Virus record (IMG/VR): IMGVR_UViG_3300006899_000004
Direction: 5' to 3' (one strand)
Length of the DNA stretch: 64,000 nt
Source of the DNA: an uncultured virus (IMG/VR IMGVR_UViG_3300006899_000004)
Taxonomy: Duplodnaviria; Heunggongvirae; Uroviricota; Caudoviricetes
In this document: positions 32,749-42,593 of the stretch, in pieces
Numbering within the stretch: the first letter of the stretch is position 1
Layout: each line of letters begins with the position of its first letter
Translations under genes and position numbers: made by a program
The notes under the pieces: model-generated
What the model was told of the DNA's origin: nothing
Seen by the model: only the letters and a program-made list of their open reading frames with translations
Database searches by the model: none

Positions 32749-32973
32749 ATGTCGCACCGTGCTCGAGTCTACCACAACATCGAGAGTCTGGCTCGTATCA
32801 CCCACGCTCGCCGGGCTCGTCGTCGGTGGAAGCTCCACGTGGAGAAGCACGGGAACGTCCCTCTGGTCGACAAGTGTTCGATCTGTCGCGAGCACGACGC
32901 GAAGAGCACTCCGAGGCGCTACCTGGAAGGCGAGGCGCGCATTCCCAAGCGCGTCCGCGATCTCACGGAGTGA
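32749..32973 (+). CDS. small basic hypothetical protein
   Basis: Promoter and SD ggagg. Confidence 0.65.
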   Translation: MSHRARVYHNIESLARITHARRARRRWKLHVEKHGNVPLVDKCSICREHDAKSTPRRYLEGEARIPKRVRDLTE

Positions 32974-33004
32974 ATAGACGACCCAATTGGGATAGATTGG
33001 GTTC

Positions 33005-33349
33005 ATGAAGACCACCACCAAGAAGCGTCTCACCAAGTCCAACATGGAAGAACTCGTGTGGGACCTGTGGAGTTCCTACTCGGAGTCGGACGTCGACGGC
33101 GTCTGTGGAGTTCTTCCCTGTTGGGGTCCCTACTCCGACGAGAACGGCGAAGATATCGATCAGGACAAGGCGCGTGAAACGTTGAAGGAGACGATCAGGA
33201 ACAAGTCTCACCTCAGCGAAAGTGCACTCGACGATGTCCTGTTCTCGATCGAGGCGCTCCGGGAACGCACTTCCTACGACGAGCGATGGGTTGCGAAGAA
33301 CGTGAAGGACTGGACGATCATCCTTTGGGATGACCAGAAGTCCCAGTAA
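33005..33349 (+). CDS. hypothetical protein
   Basis: GTGAAT-N17-TAGATT-N6-ATG. Confidence 0.75.
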   Translation: MKTTTKKRLTKSNMEELVWDLWSSYSESDVDGVCGVLPCWGPYSDENGEDIDQDKARETLKETIRNKSHLSESALDDVLFSIEALRERTSYDERWVAKNVKDWTIILWDDQKSQ

Positions 33350-33478
33350 AGTCCAAGTCCTAAACTCGACCTGAGTTAACATTCTCTCTGGTTGGGATAT
33401 AGTTGTCTCAACCAGAGAAAAGGTCGAAACCCCCGCAAGGGGGTCGCACCGTCACGCGGTGCCTGACGAGACCTGAAG

Positions 33479-33727
33479 GTGAACATGAACCAGATTCTCA
33501 ACGAGATCTTGTTTGGTCTGTTGCGCCGTCACGCTCCCGATCGTAAGCGATACCTCTTCTTGCGGATCGAAGATCCCTCTGGCGCGGTGACGTTCTCTGT
33601 CGTCCCCGTGGATGACCGCAGCGTTCACCCGATGCACATGATGGAGTCGATGATCGGGTGGCAGAACGATGACTGGGACGCTCAGGTGGCGCTCTCTCGT
33701 CGAGTCACCGTAGAGCGTCGTTCCTGA
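33479..33727 (+). CDS. hypothetical protein
   Basis: 82-aa ORF. Confidence 0.5.
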   Translation: MNMNQILNEILFGLLRRHAPDRKRYLFLRIEDPSGAVTFSVVPVDDRSVHPMHMMESMIGWQNDDWDAQVALSRRVTVERRS

Positions 33728-33965
33728 CAGTCACTCTGCGAGATTTCTCGCGAAGAGCTTTCTCTGCAGTTTTTCTCTTCGCGTGCAAGAGGTACACGAT
33801 GTAAGCGCGTGACCGTATGAGCGCCGGGGCGAGCGACATGTCTGTGATTATCTGTTCGATCGCTCGAAGACGTGCCACGTAGCTCTGCCTCAGAGCGACT
33901 TCTATGTCCAAGAGATCTTGGAGATCTTGCTTGATGAAGCGCGAGACGTGGTACCAAAACTTCAC
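33705..33965 (-). CDS. hypothetical protein
   Basis: SD aaggag. Confidence 0.55.
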   Translation of the reverse strand: MKFWYHVSRFIKQDLQDLLDIEVALRQSYVARLRAIEQIITDMSLAPALIRSRAYIVYLLHAKRKTAEKALREKSRRVTVRNDALR

Positions 33966-34174
33966 TTTGTCTCCTTTGGTGTCACGTTTAGATCACTCCC
34001 ACATCAGAGCACGCCAGACTACGTCTGCGTACATGTACGCGATGAAGAATAGCACGAGGAACGCTACGAACCCACCGGGTTCATAACCTCCACGGAAGAA
34101 TCTGTTTCTTGTGTCAAGAGGCTCCGCCAGCGGAGGTCCTGATCGAGATCCAGTTCCTGAGCCTCGAGCGAGAA

Positions 34175-34477
34175 TCACTGCTTCCACCCAAACGCGGCCG
34201 CGACTGCAACCACTGCTGTGAGCAAGAAGATCCACGTCAGGACCACTCTGCGATAGCGAGCGTCTGCTCGCTCGTTCGCAGCAATGACTTCATCGAGTCC
34301 CATCAAAGGGCACGGTTCATAGGGAGCGATAATGGGCGGGGGTAGCGGAGTTCGTCTTCCGTAACGTCTCTTGTGCTCTGGCACTTTGTGGACTACGTAC
34401 TCACAGTCTTCACAGCACACGTGATCGCTAGAGCGAGACGTTGCCTCGCCACAGTGTCGACAACGTGCTTCAGTCAT
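34175..34477 (-). CDS. Zn-finger membrane-anchored hypothetical protein
   Basis: CRHC...CEDC and a C-terminal TM helix. Confidence 0.55.
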   Translation of the reverse strand: MTEARCRHCGEATSRSSDHVCCEDCEYVVHKVPEHKRRYGRRTPLPPPIIAPYEPCPLMGLDEVIAANERADARYRRVVLTWIFLLTAVVAVAAAFGWKQ

Positions 34478-34937
34478 GATCCCATTCTTCGACTTTAAAG
34501 CCCTCCGCAGTCGCGACGACGAGCACGTGGTCACCGAACACGTCAAGCAGGACTTCGTCACACCTGTGGCACGCGGCTTCGAGGGCCTCGAACTCCTTCA
34601 CCAGCTTCTTCTCGGCGGGCGTACCCTTCTTGTGATCGAAGAACCCAGACGCGCACCCGTCACCGTGACAGTACTCTTCAGTGTTGTCTTTGAGATTGAT
34701 GTCTGGCCTGACCTGACTGGGATCGATCTTCAACTCAAATGTTTTGACAGAGAACGTGCAGGCTTCTCCGTCGTTCCAGTACGGCGTGTACTGAGTCCAC
34801 ATGACCGCTTTGGCCATAGGGTTCTCAGAGAAGAACTCCTTGAATGCGTTCTTAAGTGCAGACTCCCCCTCGCGTATATACTTCTTGCGAGCCTCTTCGA
34901 TTTCCTCCGCAAGCTTCTCCATCTTATTCGTTAACAA
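34470..34937 (-). CDS. conserved phage hypothetical protein
   Basis: WTQYTPYWNDGE motif; lies next to the DUF6915-like gene. Confidence 0.75.
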   Translation of the reverse strand: MLTNKMEKLAEEIEEARKKYIREGESALKNAFKEFFSENPMAKAVMWTQYTPYWNDGEACTFSVKTFELKIDPSQVRPDINLKDNTEEYCHGDGCASGFFDHKKGTPAEKKLVKEFEALEAACHRCDEVLLDVFGDHVLVVATAEGFKVEEWDHD

Positions 34938-34962
34938 GCTCTTTGTCTCCTTTGTCTAGTGT

Positions 34963-35316
34963 CTAATCAATCTTAATGAACTTTGTGGGTGACTTCCGGC
35001 GTACGCCACCCATCCAGTCTTCCACTTTCATGTTCCTGAGCCACTTCTCAGGCGTGGGAATGAAGCCAAGATCTTCAATCACGTGGTCTTCACCCAAGTC
35101 TCTGACGCAGACTTTTCGTCCGTCACTGTTCGTGATCGTCGGACCAAACACGCGCTCGAGCACGAAGATGCCGAACGTGGAGTGAAGCAGAGCTCTGTGA
35201 CGAGTGTCAGCGAGAGTCGCTTTCGACGAGTCGAAGAAATCGTGAACGGCTTGGTAGTCTTCCGGAACTCCACCGTACTTCTTGGCAGAGTTCTTCGCGT
35301 GTTGGTACGGTTTCAT
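34963..35316 (-). CDS. DUF6915-like protein
   Basis: PYQHA-x-SAKKYGG-x-PEDY...HDFFDSSK...RHRALLH...FG...GEDHVIED (recalled family pattern). Confidence 0.75.
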   Translation of the reverse strand: MKPYQHAKNSAKKYGGVPEDYQAVHDFFDSSKATLADTRHRALLHSTFGIFVLERVFGPTITNSDGRKVCVRDLGEDHVIEDLGFIPTPEKWLRNMKVEDWMGGVRRKSPTKFIKID

Positions 35317-35583
35317 TGCCCTCTCAGAGGAGACGTTTTCGTATCGCTAGCGCGTCTGCAGCAACGTCTTTGCTCGCTCGCAGCTCGTCGAGAGCAAGAC
35401 GGTACGCTTCGGAGTACTCCGGGTGCTCACAGATCTTGATCAACCTGTGCTTGTGTTCTGGCGCAAACTGCAGAGCGCCAAGCAAGTAGAGCAAAGTCGT
35501 TTTTTCTTTGTCGTTCATGGCGCGCGCGGTTCGGAGCAAGTGCTCCGAACCATGACTCTACCCTTTCTGAGAGAGACGTACAC

Positions 35584-35865
35584 TCAGTACAGAGGAAAGT
35601 CTTCGACCTTGTAGACCCTCAGGGGTTCGCAGAACCACATGCACTCGTTGAAGTGCTCGAGTGCATCACGCACTTCGTCCTCCTGCAGGAGCTCACCGTC
35701 GACCCCTCGCTTTCGAAGCACTCGAGCGTTGCGCTCCATCACGAGACGCTCTGCGTCGGAGAGCGACGGGAGCACACCGATGAACCTGACCTCACGATCC
35801 GAAGTGGGATCGAGATCTTCCGAAAAGACGATCGTCATTTCCGAGTTGTTGGAGGTGTTGTCCAT
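35584..35865 (-). CDS. hypothetical protein
   Basis: Leaderless promoter at 35872-35900. Confidence 0.7.
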   Translation of the reverse strand: MDNTSNNSEMTIVFSEDLDPTSDREVRFIGVLPSLSDAERLVMERNARVLRKRGVDGELLQEDEVRDALEHFNECMWFCEPLRVYKVEDFPLY

Positions 35866-35871
35866 GAACTA

Positions 35872-35900
35872 GTTCTACCCTCAAGAGGGAAGAGATTCAC
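35872..35900 (-). promoter_or_regulatory. Leaderless promoter GTGAAT-N17-TAGAAC-N6-ATG
   Basis: -35 box overlaps the stop of 35897-36112. Confidence 0.75.
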
Positions 35901-36607
35901 TCCGCCGCGAGCGCAAACGTGTAACAACAGTGCCACCTGACTAACTCAGGATTGGGTGAAAACTTAAGTACGAGCAGGAAGCCATCACTCATGGCGCGCA
36001 AGTACATACCAGTGACAAAATCAAAGTTAATGACGTTATATGCTACGATATCACCCACTCGGGCGTCATCAGGATTAAAGGCTGGTATGTGCTTGCGCGA
36101 GCTTATCACCATTCACCTAGAACGGTTCTCTGTCACTTCTCAGTGACCCACGAATATCTTTCAATGACTTAGGGTGGGTACCTATGGCTTAAACCCAAGT
36201 GTGTTTGTGGGTCACTCTGTTGGTGTGCACACCTGTGCACACCACTCGCCCGACCAGTAACTGACTTTCCCAGTTGGGAGTTCTATCACTATGTACTGTG
36301 GATATCGAAGAGGTCGATAGACAACTCCTGCAACAAGCGCTACGTACTCGCGACTGAGGTTAGTCGCGTGGTAAACCAGGTCGCCGACTGAGATCTTCAC
36401 GCTTAGAGATCACTTTCACGAAGTCGTTCCTAAAGATCCAGATGACTTTGCATGAAGACGTTAAGACAATGTAGTCAAACACGCTCTTCACGTAAGAAGG
36501 TCGCGTTAACACGACTCCTATGTGATCTGGAGCACCGTAACCGTCATAGTCGACAAGGTCTTCATCTAGACACCAGACTGCAACCAGATCGCCGACTTTG
36601 ACCTCTT

Positions 36608-36907
36608 TCATTTCACTGTGCTCTCTTGAGCAGAGAGCTTCACTCTTGAGTTCTTCAAGTGCTTCTGACACTCTTCCAGAGAGTCATTGCAAAGGGCTGC
36701 TAATAGCTTCACTCCCAAGCAATTATCTGCGTGGTACGGAAGCTCCATACGACCAGAGTTCCAAGACATGCAACAGAACGCGCACGTCCGCCACAACGAA
36801 TGCTCCTGGTAATCGTCGACTTGCTCGAGCAGACACGGAACAGTGGCTCGAAGTTCCTCGATTGAGGAGGAGTCTGGAAAGAAGAGAATGTTCTTGTGAA
36901 GGATCAC
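36608..36907 (-). CDS. hypothetical protein
   Basis: In-operon ORF. Confidence 0.5.
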   Translation of the reverse strand: MILHKNILFFPDSSSIEELRATVPCLLEQVDDYQEHSLWRTCAFCCMSWNSGRMELPYHADNCLGVKLLAALCNDSLEECQKHLKNSRVKLSAQESTVK

Positions 36908-37185
36908 TTCAGTGAGATCTTGATCACGTCAGTTGGAATGCCCTTCCACCCGTCTGTTGGGTGAAAGAAGACTGTTGCTACGGTGCCATTCCCAGCGACG
37001 AGACGTGGGCCCTTCGAGGTGAGAATCTTTCCGAACCGGATCTTCCCACCCAAGTACTTTTTGATCTTTGGGATCTCTATGTCCGGGAGACCCAACGCGC
37101 CAGATGAGGCGTACGTTGCAGCGGAAGCATCCAAGAACGCCTCTGCTGCTTTCTCTGAAATGATATTTGCTGTCTTGATCTTCAT
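36904..37185 (-). CDS. hypothetical protein
   Basis: 93-aa ORF. Confidence 0.6.
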   Translation of the reverse strand: MKIKTANIISEKAAEAFLDASAATYASSGALGLPDIEIPKIKKYLGGKIRFGKILTSKGPRLVAGNGTVATVFFHPTDGWKGIPTDVIKISLK

Positions 37186-37221
37186 TGCTCTCGGGTCTAC
37201 GTATACGAGAGCAAGAGATCG

Positions 37222-37428
37222 TTAACTGATGAAGCGTTTCTTGTCTTTCTTGGGTGCCTTCTTCACTGCGAAGACACCCGGTTCAGGACCACCCGTGCTG
37301 AACACTTCGAACTCCGTGGACTTTCCGTTCTTGAAGCACTCTTCGCAGCACGGTCTCATGCCCATCGCGTGGCCCTCGACGTGGGGAAACTTCTTACCAC
37401 ATCCGCCAGCACAGTTGGTGAGCTTCAT
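37222..37428 (-). CDS. small Zn-finger protein
   Basis: CAGGC...CEEC; leaderless promoter at 37435-37463. Confidence 0.7.
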   Translation of the reverse strand: MKLTNCAGGCGKKFPHVEGHAMGMRPCCEECFKNGKSTEFEVFSTGGPEPGVFAVKKAPKKDKKRFIS

Positions 37429-37459
37429 GAACTAACTCTATCTTTCTTGAGAGAAGAGT

Positions 37460-37825
37460 TCACTCTGGCAAGAGACAACCGTTGTCAGACAACCACTTCA
37501 TATTCTTCTCGTACGTGGCAGCGTCTGCTTTGACGAAGGTGCCAGTCCCAGACCAGATCCACCTGTCTTCCTTCCAGACGTACACGTCCATCGCGTCCAT
37601 GAAAGCAGGCTCGTGACGTCGAGGAAGCACGTAGAACTCCCAGACGTAGATCGGATTCTCCGACGGATTCTTCTCACAGAAATCCGTGAGATAAGCGTAG
37701 AACGACTCGTACGCTCCGGGCCATGGCTTCCACATCTTTTCGACGTCGTCGAGGCTGAGTCCCCTGTGGTTTAACATCTTTTTTCCTTGGGAGTGAACAA
37801 AGAACTTTGCACGGCGTGGCGCCAC
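37460..37825 (-). CDS. hypothetical protein, paralog of 39463-39894
   Basis: KMWKPWPGAYESF vs KMWSPWPGAFESF. Confidence 0.7.
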   Translation of the reverse strand: MAPRRAKFFVHSQGKKMLNHRGLSLDDVEKMWKPWPGAYESFYAYLTDFCEKNPSENPIYVWEFYVLPRRHEPAFMDAMDVYVWKEDRWIWSGTGTFVKADAATYEKNMKWLSDNGCLLPE

Positions 37826-38504
37826 TGCTCAGTTCCTCGACCGTCGCGACGAGCTCTGTTGCGGGCCCAACCGTCCTGGACACAGAGACGACACGGACAA
37901 CCTCTTGCGGAGTACCCGCGAGAAGCATACTTCATGTGCTGAAGACGACGATCTTGCAGAGGCTTCACTCCGCGCGCCTTCTGCAGTCTAAGACTGTACC
38001 CGCAGTGTGGACCGTCATATGGATAGTGCCACTCCTCAACAGCCCACTCTGAGTTGACACAGATCAACCACGGTTCATTCGGACTTGTCTCCCAGATTTT
38101 TTCTTCTGTGAGATACTGCCACTCAAGGCCAACCAGAAAAGTTCGTGTACGGCTCCAGTTAAATTCAATAGAAAAGATCCTTCTCACCTGGGTCTCTTTT
38201 CCCGTGAAAAGGTTCTTCTGCGTATGGGGTTTAGACGACCAGAGGATCAACTGTTTTCTCTCACTCTGTTTCGATGTCTTCTTCTGCCATGACGTGTACG
38301 AGTCTGACATCGAAGATATCAGAAAAAGCATCCCGCAACGTTTCTACGACGTATTGCTTGAACTCAGGGTCGTTCACATCTCCGTGAAACTGGACTTCAG
38401 CACTCGAGCTAGGAATGCCGACCGAAGGATCACCATCACTCCAGATCATGAACTTCATTGTCTGCTCCTTGAGCACACTCTACTGCTTTCACAGTCTTTT
38501 TGCA

Positions 38505-38957
38505 CTAATCCTCTGCATCAGTTTCTTTAAGAACTGTGCAGGGACCAACGAGTTCGTCGACAACTGCTCGAGCTTCTTGCTCGGTGTCATACCGAGAAGC
38601 TTTCTGAAGCTCAACCTCGAAGCCATTGTAGTTAAACAACTTGTTGTCGTCAAATCTGATAACCCACTTGGGATTTCTCAAACGATTCACTTCTTGATTG
38701 CAAAGCTCGACTTCTTCGATTGGAACATAAGATAGTCCACAGAAGCCAGAGGCAGAGTAGCCAAGCAGCTTATCGACTTGAATGAGGTCTTCGAGTGAGA
38801 ACTCCCCAGCACGGTAAAGATCTACGATACAGTTAAGATCGAATCCTTTTCGAGCTCGACCTTGTTCCATCATCCAACAGACGATCTTGTTCTCTTTGAA
38901 CCGAATAACGTTACCGTCACGGTACACAACTGGTTGTCGAGGGTGTTTATCACTCAT
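38505..38957 (-). CDS. hypothetical protein
   Basis: 150-aa ORF, HPRQP...IRFKENKIV. Confidence 0.7.
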   Translation of the reverse strand: MSDKHPRQPVVYRDGNVIRFKENKIVCWMMEQGRARKGFDLNCIVDLYRAGEFSLEDLIQVDKLLGYSASGFCGLSYVPIEEVELCNQEVNRLRNPKWVIRFDDNKLFNYNGFEVELQKASRYDTEQEARAVVDELVGPCTVLKETDAED

Positions 38958-39140
38958 GTTGAGCTTAACAAGCGTTTTCTGCGCACGACGTGCAGCAAGA
39001 GGGAATCTCTTGTCGATTCGAGTTTGACTCGAGCGTGTACTCCTCGATATCCGCAGCCGTGATCACCGCGTAGCAGATCTCACACCGTGGACGCTTGTCC
39101 ACGTGCTTCATGTACGGAGACTTAGCGACGATAGCTTGCC

Positions 39141-39431
39141 TCAGGAGTCGTTGCTTGTCCATAAGCAGAATCTACACCACCAGATACTAAGTTTCACTTC
39201 AAGAGTGGTGACTCGTGATTTTGGAGCCGTCCCAAGTGAGGGTGTATGGGTTGTTCTAGCTAGTTCTTCGCCAAGCTTGTCAGAGAGATCGGGTCTCTTG
39301 CAGTCGACACAGGATGGAATCCCAAAATCTGGCGGAACGTGTTTTTGCACGTTCCGCCACACAACTTTCTCCCAGTGACCGACTTGCGGCAGCATTGCTC
39401 CGCCGCAATCTTTGCAAGAGAAAGTCTTCAC
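39141..39431 (-). CDS. Zn-ribbon protein
   Basis: CKDCGG...CVDC; leaderless promoter at 39438-39466. Confidence 0.6.
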   Translation of the reverse strand: MKTFSCKDCGGAMLPQVGHWEKVVWRNVQKHVPPDFGIPSCVDCKRPDLSDKLGEELARTTHTPSLGTAPKSRVTTLEVKLSIWWCRFCLWTSNDS

Positions 39432-39462
39432 TTATTGGTTCTACCCTTTCAAGGGCGAAAGT

Positions 39463-39894
39463 TCACTCGTCCTCTTCGTCTTCTTTGCCGTAGTGAAACT
39501 CTGCGGCTTCGTCACCGTACATGCTGGCGTACAAAGCCCTGGACCATTTCTGCGCGAATGCAGGACACCAGTTTTGATCTTCCACTTGGACCCAAGCGTT
39601 GGGCCACACCCACCGGTAACCAGCGACAGAGGTGTCGAAGTACGCGGGTGCATTGACAGACGGATCGATTCCGAATGCCCACTCTTGAATCCAGTCCTGG
39701 AGCTGTTCTTCACTCACCGGCGGATCGCTTTCGATAGCACCTTCGTTCATCGCTTCCATGACGGACTTTTTGAACGATTCGAAAGCACCAGGCCAGGGAC
39801 TCCACATCTTTTTGATGTCTGCCAGCGGCGGGCAGACCGAGAAGGGAGCGTTGTTGAGAGCGTTGAACTCTTCCCTCGTCAGCTTGGTCTTCAT
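39463..39894 (-). CDS. hypothetical protein
   Basis: Leaderless promoter at 39901-39929, spacer identical to 39438-39466. Confidence 0.75.
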   Translation of the reverse strand: MKTKLTREEFNALNNAPFSVCPPLADIKKMWSPWPGAFESFKKSVMEAMNEGAIESDPPVSEEQLQDWIQEWAFGIDPSVNAPAYFDTSVAGYRWVWPNAWVQVEDQNWCPAFAQKWSRALYASMYGDEAAEFHYGKEDEEDE

Positions 39895-39933
39895 GAACCC
39901 AATCTACCCTTTCAAGGGCGAAAGTTCACTCAT

Positions 39934-40009
39934 TGGTGCCCTCCCAGGACTTGAACCTGGATCCATCGTCCTCGTGCGGACGTGCTCTACCACATTGAGC
40001 TAGCAGGGC
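39934..40009 (-). ncRNA. tRNA-like RNA with a 6-nt anticodon loop and encoded CCA
   Basis: Canonical D-arm TAGCTCAATGTGGTAGAGC and T-arm CCAGG-TTCAAGT-CCTGG; stem CGTCC/GGACG around GCACGA. Confidence 0.75.
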
Positions 40010-40044
40010 AAATTAAGCGTTAAGGAAGGAGAGAAGAATCAAGC

Positions 40045-40270
40045 GCGGGCGCACACCCGCGCGAGTACACCCAGAGTCTGCATGACCTTGACCTTTCTTC
40101 TCAGCACAGTTCGTCGTGGTGAGTGCTTTCTCTAGACGCTGGAAGCGAACAACTAGAGACAAGCGAGTTTCACTACATCTCACCTGAGAATTGCTCTAGG
40201 TGAGGAACAATGTCGTGCGGGCGCAACCCGCGTGAATAAATCCAGAGTCTGCATGACCTTGTCCCTTCTC
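40045..40270. repeat. Two imperfect ~55-bp direct repeats in a non-coding stretch
   Basis: gcgggcgca(c)acccgcg...ccagagtctgcatgaccttg at about 40045 and 40217. Confidence 0.85.
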
Positions 40271-40352
40271 CGTTTAGGAATAGACCAGGCCTTTGGCAAC
40301 TGGTCCTTGTTGCATCACCACCTGACCAGAGTATACTCTGGTCAAGAGAACC

Positions 40353-40604
40353 TTACACCGAGGAGAAAACCTTCGCCAGGATCTCGTCGTGATCCTTCGT
40401 GGTCATCTTGAGCCACTTGTGGTACAACCCGCGGTGCTCGCGAGGGAAGTCGCTCAGCGAGAGCTGATCAGCAACGATTTCGCTCACCTCTTCGCTTCCG
40501 AAGCTCCCGTCGGAATCACCCGCATCGGAAGCGATTCCGCTCCAGACAGAGAGAAGAACTCGTTCGAGAACGTTGAACTCTTCCTTCGTCAGATTGATTC
40601 CCAT
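40353..40604 (-). CDS. hypothetical protein
   Basis: Leaderless promoter at 40611-40639. Confidence 0.7.
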   Translation of the reverse strand: MGINLTKEEFNVLERVLLSVWSGIASDAGDSDGSFGSEEVSEIVADQLSLSDFPREHRGLYHKWLKMTTKDHDEILAKVFSSV

Positions 40605-40680
40605 GAACTAGTTCTATCTCTTCCAGGCCTGCGATACACTGCGAGTGCAGGGACCTTCGCGCGCTACGCGCGCGGGAGTT

Positions 40681-40998
40681 TCACTTCCACTCGCAATCCC
40701 GGACCTTCTTGTCCACGGGACCCATGTTCATGGAGTGAGGCTCGCCACAGACGTACACCTTCTTGTGAAGAGGGACGTACGTCTTCTTCTTGTTGACGCT
40801 CACGATGAGCTCGGGAAGCACGACGCTCTCCATCGGCGCAGCTTTCACTGCGGGAGGATCCTCGCGGTGATTCGTGGTCTTCTTGTTCTCCGAACGCAGA
40901 GCAGCGCTCTTCCTCTCCCAGCGAAGCTCGTCCTGAGCCTGCGACACTGCGGCGTACGAGAGAACCAGAGCGATGATGGAGAGTGCGGTGGTCTTCAT
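40681..40998 (-). CDS. secreted hypothetical protein
   Basis: Signal peptide MKTTALSIIALVLSYAAVSQA; leaderless promoter at 41005-41033. Confidence 0.7.
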   Translation of the reverse strand: MKTTALSIIALVLSYAAVSQAQDELRWERKSAALRSENKKTTNHREDPPAVKAAPMESVVLPELIVSVNKKKTYVPLHKKVYVCGEPHSMNMGPVDKKVRDCEWK

Positions 40999-41376
40999 GA
41001 ACTAGTTTTACCCTTTAGGTGACGAAGGTTCACTCACTTTCTCGTCTTCTAGAACTAGAGTGTAACGTTTACGTAAACCAGAATAACATCTGTCCATGCC
41101 CAGAAAAATGTCGGATGATTGTGGTGGTGATTTCGATGCAACGATCGAAAACATCTCCCGTCATCTTCAGGACGCAAGTTCCCTCCTGGATTTTCTGCAC
41201 CTCCTCGAGGAAGAGAAGTGTGCAGGTTCACCGTTGTCTCAACGCCTCAGTGAACTTGCGTCCAAAACCGATCAAATCCTTTCTCACGTGAGCTTGCTTC
41301 GCAAGTAACTCTGCTCAACTGAGCAGTGCAAGTCGCTGCTCAACGTTGTATAGTCTCTATACACAGGAGGTACCAG

Positions 41377-41895
41377 ATGTCTGTTGCGAAGTCCCCGGAG
41401 CGTCAAGCAGCGATCGCTCGCCTCAACCAGAGAATCACAGAAGTGAATGCGCTCGCGGAGCAGCGATACGCAGAGGCTCTTCTCGAGTACCAGAAGAAGC
41501 CAATCTTCAGCGGCGACGAGAAAATCGCTCACGTAGTGAACGTCGACGTGGTCATGGACTATCTGCGACGATCTCCTTACAAGTACGTGACGTACGTCTT
41601 GAAGTGCACCACGTCGCCACATATCTGGAAGACGGATATTTGGCTGGAACCTCAGCCCATCCACAAGATCAAGAGCATCTCTGATCACGACTCTGTCATC
41701 GAAGAGTCGGTGGAAAACGAGATCCAGTGCTTGGTGCTTCAGCTGGAAAAAGAGACGTTTCTCCCACGCTTCAACACGGTGAACGCCTACCTCAAAGGCG
41801 TGTTCGAAGTCTATATCCGACAGGTAGACTACGAAGATCTCCGACGGCGTAATGCCACGCTGATGGAAATCGTCTCGTATCTCGAGAAAAAGTGA
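41377..41895 (+). CDS. hypothetical protein
   Basis: Promoter GTGCAA-N17-TATAGT and SD aggagg. Confidence 0.75.
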   Translation: MSVAKSPERQAAIARLNQRITEVNALAEQRYAEALLEYQKKPIFSGDEKIAHVVNVDVVMDYLRRSPYKYVTYVLKCTTSPHIWKTDIWLEPQPIHKIKSISDHDSVIEESVENEIQCLVLQLEKETFLPRFNTVNAYLKGVFEVYIRQVDYEDLRRRNATLMEIVSYLEKK

Positions 41896-42025
41896 GCGAC
41901 TGGCTGGGGTGGATGGGGATGTGAAAGTCTCGTCCACCTGTTGTAGATCTAGGTCATGGACAACACCAGTGTAGAAAAGTTTCTTTCTTTTTGGAGGTCA
42001 AGATAGTTATAGTGCGAGGCGCTCA

Positions 42026-42517
42026 GTGAAAATCACCAAGAAACAGCTAGTCTCTCTCATCAGAGAGTCGATGTACAACACCAACACTCTCCAACGAATC
42101 AAAAATCTGGTCAAGGCGGAACGGGGCAGTGACTACGATGACGATTTCGATGACGAAGAAGAGATCGAAGTCTTCAAGCACCCGGTCATTCCAAACGTCT
42201 ACGGTGCAGTTGCAGGTAATAGCGGGTGGGTCATCTTCGATGGGAAAGATCCCACAGTTCTTCCTACCGAAGATGTCTCTTATGGCAAAGAGAACTTCTT
42301 CTTGGAAGTCACTATCGCCGCAGACGGTACGTGGTCTTATCCCGGCGAAGACTACAAGTTTCACTGTTTCAAAAAAGACAAAAACGGGAACTACGTTGCC
42401 ACTCGGTTCCACGTCGGTGAAAAGGTTTACCCGGTGATCTTCCACGAGAACACCGCTGGTGGTTGGACTGTGTTCGATTCCACGGGAGAATACTCAGAAT
42501 ATTGGCAGTGTGAGTAA
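42026..42517 (+). CDS. hypothetical protein with MKITKKQLVSLIRE N-terminus
   Basis: Followed by a terminator at about 42521-42548. Confidence 0.75.
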   Translation: MKITKKQLVSLIRESMYNTNTLQRIKNLVKAERGSDYDDDFDDEEEIEVFKHPVIPNVYGAVAGNSGWVIFDGKDPTVLPTEDVSYGKENFFLEVTIAADGTWSYPGEDYKFHCFKKDKNGNYVATRFHVGEKVYPVIFHENTAGGWTVFDSTGEYSEYWQCE

Positions 42518-42593
42518 GCGAAAAGGGCACTTTAGAGTGCCCTTTTTTTGTTTTCTAAACACAGAAAACTGTGAGAGTGTACTCTCACAGTTT

